Shown: in pieces, positions 56,860-64,000 of the stretch | How positions within the stretch are numbered: position 1 is the first letter of the stretch | Layout of the letters: each line of letters begins with the position of its first letter | Assembly (NCBI GenBank): GCA_015233405.1 | Contig: JADFXT010000006.1 | Location: forward strand, 67,848-131,847 | Origin: Candidatus Omnitrophota bacterium | GTDB taxonomy: Bacteria > Omnitrophota > Gorgyraeia > Zapsychrales > Zapsychraceae | Reading direction: 5' to 3' | Length of the DNA: 64,000 nt | Translations under genes and position numbers: made by a program | The notes under the pieces: model-generated | Databases searched by the model: none | What the model was told of the DNA's origin: nothing | Seen by the model: only the letters and a program-made list of their open reading frames with translations

Positions 56860-58194
56860 TTATCCTTTCCAGCTTTTTGCGAAGGACTCAATTAATTGAG
56901 CAATTCTTTCTTTAACTTTCCCATCGCACTTCATCCAGCGTAAACGGGCCCTTGCCCGTTGTTGAGCATAAAATTTTTCCATGACCTCGTCATAAAAAAA
57001 GGCATTTAACATCTCTTTGAGTTCCCAGTCATAACGCACATGCGGCCCGCCCATAATATTTTCATTAAGATCCTGCTGGCCTACCCGCGCAAGATTAAAT
57101 GTCAGCATCGGAACATCCAACGCTATCGCGCATAAATTGACCGTGGATTCGTAGGAAACATAATAATCGGCGGCGTGAAGCAAATCCAAAGTATCATTTT
57201 CTTTGTCCACACGAAACAATGGATTTTCTAACAAAACAGGGTCAAATTCTTTTTCTTTTCCTGGACGAGGATGATATTTAAGGATAATCCGAAACTTATT
57301 CCCTTCCGCTTCCAAGACTTGGGCCAGCGTCTTTAGAATTAAAGTATTATAATCATACAAATTTATTCTCTGAAGGTGGCCGGGAGGAACATTAAAAAGC
57401 ACCATCTTTTGCGTCGGTGAAATCCCCAGCTGATTTCTCATCTGTGTGCGTAAAGGCTCCTTGACCAATTGCCCTTGTGGATAAAACATGTCGTGTTCAA
57501 GATGGCCAACCACTACGATTTTGTTATCCTCCTCTATTCCCTCTTGAATAAATAAATCTTTAAAACCTTCCCCGATGACGGCAAACTTTGACTCTTCTCC
57601 GTCGCCCAAACAAACGCTCTGCTTATAAGAAAGATTGAAAAGTTTATCTACAATCTTTTCCAGAAAAGAAATAATATTCTCGCGTATATGAGTTAAAAAA
57701 ACCGCAAAAGACTCCCTTTTACTCAAAATTTTATTATCGGCTAATCGCTGTTGTCGTTTAAGCCATTTATACCAAAGATCCATCGGCCCAGCATGAACCC
57801 GTTGAAGAGTTATACTGGGAATTCCTTTAGCATTAGCCTGACGAATAATCGCTCTCGACAGTGCCTGTGTTCCCGCAGGGGTTATAATAACCAACGGGTT
57901 AAATTGTTCTAAAATCTTTTTTGCCTCTTTCCTTTCTTTGATCCTTGAAAGGAATCGTCCCGAAATCCCGCCTGAGGATATTAATTTCCGCATCCATGGA
58001 TTTCTGATATTTATTGACTGATCATAGTAATAATTTTCAATATTATGCTTATCTAACAGCGGCTTAATATTTTTTCCTAAGGACAAACTATACACAATGG
58101 GATTAAATCCGTGCTGGTCCCGTAAATAGAGCAAAAGCGGAATTTCATGTTTTGCCGTATAATCTGTTCTAAGAATTACAAGAATATTTTTCAT
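56860..58194 (-). CDS. conserved hypothetical, putative GT-B-type transferase (paralogue B of 39374..40711)
   Basis: 444 aa. Motifs: ILVILRTDYTAKHEIPLL, LGDGEESKF, VGHLEHD, KYHPR, YYVSYESTVNLCAIALDVPMLT, RWMKCDG. Confidence 0.35.
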   Translation of the reverse strand: MKNILVILRTDYTAKHEIPLLLYLRDQHGFNPIVYSLSLGKNIKPLLDKHNIENYYYDQSINIRNPWMRKLISSGGISGRFLSRIKERKEAKKILEQFNPLVIITPAGTQALSRAIIRQANAKGIPSITLQRVHAGPMDLWYKWLKRQQRLADNKILSKRESFAVFLTHIRENIISFLEKIVDKLFNLSYKQSVCLGDGEESKFAVIGEGFKDLFIQEGIEEDNKIVVVGHLEHDMFYPQGQLVKEPLRTQMRNQLGISPTQKMVLFNVPPGHLQRINLYDYNTLILKTLAQVLEAEGNKFRIILKYHPRPGKEKEFDPVLLENPLFRVDKENDTLDLLHAADYYVSYESTVNLCAIALDVPMLTFNLARVGQQDLNENIMGGPHVRYDWELKEMLNAFFYDEVMEKFYAQQRARARLRWMKCDGKVKERIAQLIESFAKSWKG

Positions 58195-58203
58195 CTGATT
58201 GAC

Positions 58204-60000
58204 TTAATTATTCGCTGTTTTGATAAACCGGTTATAAAGCCCGTTGGGAACGACAATCAAATCCTCATGATTGCCTGACTCCACGATTTTTCCATCATCT
58301 AAAACAAGAATTTTATCCGCATTCTTTATTGTAGAAAGCCGATGCGTAATGGCAATGATCGTTCTGTCGCCGATAAAATTATCAATAGCTTTCATAATTT
58401 CTTTTTCAGACAATGCGTCTAAATTGCTGGTGGCCTCATCCCAAATAAGGATTCGGGGATTTAAAATAAAAGCGCGGGCAATGGCAATGCGCTGGCGCTG
58501 GCCTACGGACAATTTAACGCCGCGGTCCCCTAAGATAGTATTAAGACCCTGCGGCAAATTTCTGATAAAAGAATCCGCGTAAGCAGCTTTCGCGGCTTCC
58601 ATAATTTTCTCCTCAGAAACCTGCGGATTCCCTAACCCAATATTAAAAGCAACGGTGTCATTAAATAAAAATGTGTCCTGACTTACGATCCCGATTTGTT
58701 TACGCCAGAAATCCGTATCGATTTGGTTCAAATCACAGCCGTCGACCTTAATTTTCCCTTCCTGAGGAGAATAAAACTTTAAAAGCAGATCAATAATGGT
58801 TGTCTTGCCGGCCCCGGAAGAGCCCACCAAAGCAATAACCTTTCCAAAGGGAATAACAAAGGAAAGCTTTTGTAAAACGATCCTGTCTTTTTCGCTATAG
58901 CGAAAATAAACATCATCAAATTCAATCGTTTCGTTAAATATCTTTTTCTCAGCGGGGCTCTGCGATTTTGCATCTTCTTCTGAGACATAAAAATCTTTCG
59001 AGAAAGAAGAGACCGCCTTAATCAGATGCCGGTTGGCGGAGAAATTGACAAAGAAATCATTAAAACTGGACACGACTGGCATGAGCCGGGATAAAACAGC
59101 AATAAAAAGAATGACGCTCTGAATCCACAACGACGTCGAGGCGTCGAATAAAAATGATCCCACAAATACTAAGGCGATCAGAGACAGCATGCTGATAAAC
59201 TGCACGGATGCCTTGACGGCTTCCGTTACAACCACAATATTAAAACGCATCTGTAAAAGCTCTTCATTCTCAAAAGTATGTTTTTGCGCAAAGAACGATT
59301 CTTTAACAAACTGCCTGATCGTTTTCATGCCGGAGATCGTCTCGAGCAATAAAGAATTACGATTTTCTAACCCCGTCTTAAAATCAGCACCCACCTTTCT
59401 TGCCATAAGATGGAACCGGGTCATCAACAAAGACGTAATCGCTAGAATCAATAACGCAAGGCCTGTCATCGCCCAAGAAAGTTTGAACATGAAGAATAAA
59501 AGAACAATCCCAATAAAAGTCTTTGGAATAATATCAATCACGCGGGAAGCGAAAGAAGCAACGACGAGACAATGATTCCCGAGGATAGAATAAAAATAGC
59601 CCCCTTTCCTTTCATAAAGAGATTGGAGGGGAATCTTTAAAAGTTTTTTGTATATTTTATCCGATAAATAAACGCCTGTCTTTTTCTGCATAATTCCGCT
59701 GGCCCAAAGACTGAGAAAAAAACAAATGAATTGTAAAAGAACGGCGAGAGCAAAAAAGCCTAATACGATTCTAACCCGTACAACAGTAGGAAACTGATGA
59801 AGATAATTGGTAAAAATGCCAACGACATTTCCGATCATCGGCAATTTAATCGTAACATTCGGAACATCTTGAATGATCTGAAGAAACGGGACCAACAATC
59901 CGATCCCGAAGATTTCCGTGACCGTCGTCAAAAGACTAATCAAAACAGAAGCAACAATCAGAAAAGGATATTGAGCGATTATAGAAAAAAGAAACGCCAT
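58204..60000 (-). CDS. ABC exporter half-transporter (fused TMD-NBD, MsbA/PglK-like)
   Basis: 598 aa with 6 N-terminal TM helices. Walker A GSSGAGKTT, signature LSVGQRQR, Walker B ILIWDEATS. Confidence 0.9.
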   Translation of the reverse strand: MAFLFSIIAQYPFLIVASVLISLLTTVTEIFGIGLLVPFLQIIQDVPNVTIKLPMIGNVVGIFTNYLHQFPTVVRVRIVLGFFALAVLLQFICFFLSLWASGIMQKKTGVYLSDKIYKKLLKIPLQSLYERKGGYFYSILGNHCLVVASFASRVIDIIPKTFIGIVLLFFMFKLSWAMTGLALLILAITSLLMTRFHLMARKVGADFKTGLENRNSLLLETISGMKTIRQFVKESFFAQKHTFENEELLQMRFNIVVVTEAVKASVQFISMLSLIALVFVGSFLFDASTSLWIQSVILFIAVLSRLMPVVSSFNDFFVNFSANRHLIKAVSSFSKDFYVSEEDAKSQSPAEKKIFNETIEFDDVYFRYSEKDRIVLQKLSFVIPFGKVIALVGSSGAGKTTIIDLLLKFYSPQEGKIKVDGCDLNQIDTDFWRKQIGIVSQDTFLFNDTVAFNIGLGNPQVSEEKIMEAAKAAYADSFIRNLPQGLNTILGDRGVKLSVGQRQRIAIARAFILNPRILIWDEATSNLDALSEKEIMKAIDNFIGDRTIIAITHRLSTIKNADKILVLDDGKIVESGNHEDLIVVPNGLYNRFIKTANN

Positions 60001-60003
60001 AGA

Positions 60004-60849
60004 TTATTTCCTCCCCCACACAAAGAATGCTTGGCCCCAGGACTCGTCACAAGCCCACGGATGAGAGCCTTGTTTCCTGCGCTGAGATAAAAGATTTTCA
60101 TAAACTGTCACCAAAGCTCGCTCAAAAGCCGACGGCATAAGCGTAAACGGAAACTCCGGCGAGAAAGAAATGGCCGGAAAAGGATACACTCCGCTGGCCT
60201 TGACGGCTTTTAACCCATTTTTTTGTAAAAGTTTGACATAATAACCGCTATCATAATCATTACGGTAAAGCGGTTTCTTGGTATTCTTTTTTCCCGAATT
60301 TCCTCCGACCGGGGCTTTCTTAAGGACATCATTTACGGGCTTAAAAACTGTTTGCACGCTCGTTTTCTCAGGAACCACATAGGCGGTAAAAACCCCGCCT
60401 TTCTTTAAAACCCGAATTTGCTCCTCGATGATTTTGGAAGGAGTTTTAAAATGCTCCAATAAACCAATACTGGTAATGACATCAAATTCCTCGTCCTCAA
60501 ACGGAAGTTCGTGAGCATCAGCGACAACAAACTGGGCAAGATGCGCGTGCTTATTTTTCTTAAAAATTTCCTCTGCATCCTTTAAAACCTCCGGCACAAT
60601 GTCAACGAGCGTAACAGAATATCCACTCTGTGCAAAAAACGACGATAACGACCCTCGTCCTGCGCCGACTTCTAAACAATGCCCTTTCGACGGGATCTTG
60701 ACGACCTCTTTTAAAAAAGAAAAATGCTGCTGAAACGCTAGTTCGATCTGATTCTGCGGACGTCCTTTACAAAACCAATTCGTCTTTTTGGTTTCTCTTT
60801 TCTTCCAATTCGCCGCAAAACGGCGCACATTATCCTGTTGCGATCTCAA
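60004..60849 (-). CDS. class I SAM-dependent methyltransferase
   Basis: 281 aa. Motifs: LEVGAGRGSLS and ITSIGLLEHF. TTG start within a TTGA overlap with the upstream stop. Confidence 0.8.
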   Translation of the reverse strand: MRSQQDNVRRFAANWKKRETKKTNWFCKGRPQNQIELAFQQHFSFLKEVVKIPSKGHCLEVGAGRGSLSSFFAQSGYSVTLVDIVPEVLKDAEEIFKKNKHAHLAQFVVADAHELPFEDEEFDVITSIGLLEHFKTPSKIIEEQIRVLKKGGVFTAYVVPEKTSVQTVFKPVNDVLKKAPVGGNSGKKNTKKPLYRNDYDSGYYVKLLQKNGLKAVKASGVYPFPAISFSPEFPFTLMPSAFERALVTVYENLLSQRRKQGSHPWACDESWGQAFFVWGRK

Positions 60850-61817
60850 CGTGAATCCTTTTTTTGAAAATAGTGTTTTAGTTTCTGTGCCATGAAAATC
60901 TCGGTCTTTTTCATCGACTCCACCGTTGCCCCGCCGATATGCGGCGTTAAAATGAGATTGGTGTTTTTGCGTGCATATTGAAAAATGGCCCGAGATTTCA
61001 GATTAAAACTTTTCGCCTCTTCTTCCGCCAAGACATCCAAGGCCGCGCCCTTAAGCTGTCCGGAGCGTAGCGCTTGAATCAACGCTTGTTCCTCCACCAC
61101 TTGCCCGCGGGACGTATTGACCAAATAACTTCCCTTTTTAATATTTCGGAATTCTGCTTTTCCCAATAGCCCGACGGTATTTTCATTAAGGGCCACGTGC
61201 ACAGAAATAATATCGGCATGTTGCAAAAGTTCTTTAAGCGTGCGGCACTGATGGATATTCCGTGGCAAAGATTTCTTAATCAACGGGTCATAGACCAAAA
61301 TCGTCATCCCAAAGGCCGAAGCCAGCCTCGCGACCTTCGTCCCAAGACGACCGTACCCAACAATCCCCAGTGTTTTCCCGCTTAATTCCTCTCCGAAAAA
61401 TAAGTTGCGGTCCCAAAGACCTTTCTGTACAGAATTATGAGCAGCAGGAATTTTTCTTATAAGCGCTAACATCAGCGCGAGCGTAAGCTCGGCGGTAGCT
61501 GCAATATTTTTTAAGAACTTGGTCTCACCTTTTAAAGACAGGACATCCATCCCTTTTGTTTTGGCATAATCGACATCAATATGGTTCGTCCCGGTTGCCG
61601 CTGTTGCAATAACCTTTAACCGTTTAGCCTGGTCAATGACCTGTTTATCAATCTTATGCGCGAAACGGACGATGAGCCCGTCGACATCACAGACTTTTTC
61701 TAATAATTGCCTGCGCGTCAATTTGTCACAAAATGTGACATCCGCGAAACTGTTTAAAAGCAACTTCGCCTCTGGGCAATAACAAAACGATTCCGTATTT
61801 AAAAGACGCGGTCTCAA
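60846..61817 (-). CDS. D-isomer-specific 2-hydroxyacid dehydrogenase (phosphoglycerate-dehydrogenase-like)
   Basis: 323 aa. Motifs: LKVIATAATGTNHIDV, GIVGYGRLGTKVA (NAD), NTSRG, TPHIGG. TTG start 1 nt after the upstream stop. Confidence 0.85.
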   Translation of the reverse strand: MRPRLLNTESFCYCPEAKLLLNSFADVTFCDKLTRRQLLEKVCDVDGLIVRFAHKIDKQVIDQAKRLKVIATAATGTNHIDVDYAKTKGMDVLSLKGETKFLKNIAATAELTLALMLALIRKIPAAHNSVQKGLWDRNLFFGEELSGKTLGIVGYGRLGTKVARLASAFGMTILVYDPLIKKSLPRNIHQCRTLKELLQHADIISVHVALNENTVGLLGKAEFRNIKKGSYLVNTSRGQVVEEQALIQALRSGQLKGAALDVLAEEEAKSFNLKSRAIFQYARKNTNLILTPHIGGATVESMKKTEIFMAQKLKHYFQKKDSR

Positions 61818-61818
61818 A

Positions 61819-62538
61819 TCAATTTCTTCCTTTTTTATGAGTAAGGATCAGCTCGGCCATATCAAAATCTTCCTGTGTATCGATATTAATCGAGCTTACG
61901 CGTGACATCAGATATAACAGCGGCTGCTCGCCGACAATTTGGTTCTTCTCCATCAACAAAGCGCGGCTCATCAGATAAATAGCACCATTACGAACGTAAA
62001 CGGCCTTAAAATCCTGACGGCGTTTTAATTTTCCCTGTGCGCAAAACGGGATCAATTGTCCGCGCTTTTCCGTGTACATGATCGACGGATGAACAGAGGC
62101 CCCTTCATAACAAGAAATCAGGCTGTCCTGTTTCCGGCTTAAAAACAACCACACCGCTTGGTCAATATGTTTCGCTGTCCTTAAGGGCGCCGTACACTGA
62201 AGCAACAGGACATGGTCAACTTTCTTTTCAGCCTTTTTTTCCCATTCCTTGACGGCATGTTGTAAGACACCTAACGTCGAAGCTTTATCCGTTGCCAAAC
62301 TCCTCGGACGGATAAAAGGCACTTGTGCCCCACAGCGCCGGGCAATTGCGGCAATATTCTTCGAATCCGTCGAAACAATTGCGTTCTGCCCCCAACGGCT
62401 TTGATGTGCCGCCTCAATGGTATAGGCAATCAAGGGCTTGCCGGCCAACGAAAGGATATTTTTATTTTTGAGTCCTTTCGAGCCGCCGCGCGCCGGAATC
62501 ACGGTCAAAATAGTAGGAAAACAATTTTTGTTTTTCAT
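61819..62538 (-). CDS. neuA: CMP-nonulosonic acid synthetase (acylneuraminate cytidylyltransferase, copy 2)
   Basis: 239 aa. Motifs: LTVIPARGGSKGLKNKNI, LLQCTAPLR, NGAIY. Confidence 0.85.
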   Translation of the reverse strand: MKNKNCFPTILTVIPARGGSKGLKNKNILSLAGKPLIAYTIEAAHQSRWGQNAIVSTDSKNIAAIARRCGAQVPFIRPRSLATDKASTLGVLQHAVKEWEKKAEKKVDHVLLLQCTAPLRTAKHIDQAVWLFLSRKQDSLISCYEGASVHPSIMYTEKRGQLIPFCAQGKLKRRQDFKAVYVRNGAIYLMSRALLMEKNQIVGEQPLLYLMSRVSSINIDTQEDFDMAELILTHKKGRN

Positions 62539-62553
62539 AAAATCAATCCCGAA

Positions 62554-63747
62554 TTAATACATCATTTTCTTTTGAATCGATAATGGGCACTTCGCCAAAA
62601 TGTCGACGATCTTTTTTCCCGCTTTTCCGTCGCCATAGAGCGCATCTTTAAGATACTTCCCGTGCTTTAATTGTTTCTTGATGGCTTGGGCGATTTCACC
62701 TGCGTTATAACCGACGTCCAGAATATTTCTACCCCGCTCCCGGCCCGCTTGACGTGTGCCAATATTGACCGAAGGCACTCCTAAAAATGCGCCTTCCCGG
62801 ATCGCACTACTGGAATTTCCGATCAAACAAGCGCAATTGTTAATGAGAATTGCATAATCTTCGACGGAGAAGTTACGATAAAAATGAATTTGTTTATTTC
62901 CATGCTGTTCGCGGTAGATCCGTAACCCCTTAGAGATATCATCAGACCCTGCATCCACATTCGGCCAAAGCCAGACGGTCTGCATGCCGACCTGTTCAAC
63001 GGCGCTAAGCGTTGCTTGAATCTGGTCAAATCCCTGGCCGTATTCCGTCGTGACCGGATGCTGCAGAACAACCATGTAAGGTTTAGAAAAATCGATCCTG
63101 CAGCCTGTCCCGCCGTAACGGGTAAGGCGGCTGATCTCTTTAAGATTGACCGTCGTCAATATATCCATGGCCGGACATCCGACCTGATAAATCGACTTGG
63201 GATCCTCTCCCATCTTAATAAGGCGCTGACGGCTTAACGCTGTCGTCGGAAAATGAATATGCGCCAATTTGGTGATCGCATGGCGAACGCTTTCATCAAT
63301 GGAGCCCGTCACCTCACCGCCTTGTGTATGCGCTAAAGGGATATTCATATAACTCGAGGCTACCGCTGTCGCTAGTGTTTCATAACGGTCCGCAACAGTT
63401 AACACAATATCCGGTTTTAAGTTTTCGAAAATGGTCGCCAGCTCAATGATCCCCAAGCCCGTTGATTTCGCCATTGTCGTCGGATTTTCGCCTTCAATAA
63501 CGATATAAACCGTCGCGTTCGGCTCAAATCCATCCTTACGAATAATATCAATGACGTTGCCGAACCGGTAAAGAATAGCAGAAGCCCCAACAACCAATTG
63601 AAGCTCCAAATCAGGATGCGCTTGGATGGACTTTAAAACGCTTTTGATACGACCATAATTCGCCCGACTGTGGACGACGACACAAATTTTTCTTTTGCCT
63701 ACGGTCTTCTTTGTCTTTTTTAGACTGACGCTGAGATTATTTTTCAC
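62554..63747 (-). CDS. neuC: UDP-N-acetylglucosamine 2-epimerase (hydrolysing), NeuC family (copy 2)
   Basis: 397 aa. Motifs: ICVVVHSRANYG, VADRYE, HTQGGEVTGSIDESVRHAITKLAHIHF. Confidence 0.8.
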   Translation of the reverse strand: MKNNLSVSLKKTKKTVGKRKICVVVHSRANYGRIKSVLKSIQAHPDLELQLVVGASAILYRFGNVIDIIRKDGFEPNATVYIVIEGENPTTMAKSTGLGIIELATIFENLKPDIVLTVADRYETLATAVASSYMNIPLAHTQGGEVTGSIDESVRHAITKLAHIHFPTTALSRQRLIKMGEDPKSIYQVGCPAMDILTTVNLKEISRLTRYGGTGCRIDFSKPYMVVLQHPVTTEYGQGFDQIQATLSAVEQVGMQTVWLWPNVDAGSDDISKGLRIYREQHGNKQIHFYRNFSVEDYAILINNCACLIGNSSSAIREGAFLGVPSVNIGTRQAGRERGRNILDVGYNAGEIAQAIKKQLKHGKYLKDALYGDGKAGKKIVDILAKCPLSIQKKMMY

Positions 63748-64000
63748 TTGTTATTTCCCCATTTTCCGATATAAATTTTCCTTAAATTTTCTTCGCTGTC
63801 CGTTAACGGACGATTCGAAACGCCCCAGGCCTTTTCACATTCATCTCTATATCGAGCCAGCTCGGCAAAATCCTCCGGTAACGTCGACATCTTTTGGTCC
63901 GGCCCGGGCAGGTTCCGGTCGATCGTAAAATGTTTCTCTACATAACAGGCCCCTAACACAACCGCCATTTTTGCCAATTCGACACCTAAACTGTGGTCGG
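63744..64000 (-). CDS. NeuB-family nonulosonic acid synthase (copy 3), N-terminus off window; C-terminus lacks a SAF domain
   Basis: My own translation across the window edge gives ...DHSLGVELAKMAVVLGACYVEKHFTIDRNLPGPDQKMS.... The 'M' that opens the ORF-track entry is an internal TTG (Leu). The protein ends ...SEENLRKIYIGKWGNNK*, about 60 aa short of copies 1 and 2. Confidence 0.8.
   Translation of the reverse strand, partial: DHSLGVELAKMAVVLGACYVEKHFTIDRNLPGPDQKMSTLPEDFAELARYRDECEKAWGVSNRPLTDSEENLRKIYIGKWGNNK

Noticed and set aside
1-64000. Mobile elements, CRISPR arrays, tRNA/rRNA genes, prophage or defence islands.
   Set aside because: While reading the window and the ORF translations I noticed no transposase, integrase or recombinase motifs, no direct-repeat/spacer periodicity and no tRNA-like structures. 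The only repeats are the short inverted repeats near 11.1-11.2 kb and the 14-mer pair at 5167/5293.
1-64000. Alternative genetic code (TGA recoding, as in some candidate phyla).
   Set aside because: TGA terminates many well-delimited genes in ATGA overlaps, at positions that match the family-typical C-termini. Long ORFs are intact under the standard code.

Overview
Every gene I can support in this 64-kb window lies on the minus strand. About 59 tightly packed CDS form one surface-glycan super-locus, and 16 junctions are 4-nt ATGA/TTGA start/stop overlaps. I saw no tRNA, rRNA, CRISPR array, transposase, integrase or regulator. GC looks roughly 40% by eye (not computed). TGA is used as a stop, so the standard bacterial code applies; the organism cannot be named from the sequence. 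In transcription order (right to left) the window holds: (i) a NeuB/NeuC/NeuA set with a 2-hydroxyacid dehydrogenase, a methyltransferase and an MsbA/PglK-like ABC exporter; (ii) a dehydratase/aminotransferase/PHP/ATP-grasp/SDR/NeuB set plus AsnB; (iii) a cassette of GT-C, methyltransferase, radical SAM, Gfo/Idh/MocA, GtrB-like GT2 and a TIM-barrel protein; (iv) a third nonulosonic-acid block with NeuC, the WbuX/HisH/HisF acetamidino triad, a PtmE-like CBS nucleotidyltransferase, a CMP-synthetase, an RmlD::PseC fusion, AKR, a class-III aminotransferase, an SpsF-like protein, NeuB and a PseG/SpsG-like protein; (v) an unusual seven-gene aldolase/transaminase/ATP-grasp/methyltransferase module; (vi) a private ACP/KAS III/ketoreductase/FemAB-like/DegT-like/GNAT acylation module; (vii) two large uncharacterised transferase-like proteins, one carrying a literal PFTS motif; (viii) B12-radical SAM, SPASM-radical SAM and FkbM enzymes; (ix) assembly genes: GT2, a Wzy_C-type membrane protein, GT4, GT-C, GT26 and the initiating polyprenyl glycosylphosphotransferase. 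The most novel-looking parts are modules (v) and (vi) and a family of four divergent GT-B-like proteins, which are candidate nonulosonic-acid transferases. All functional calls rest on motif recognition by eye. No database search was run.
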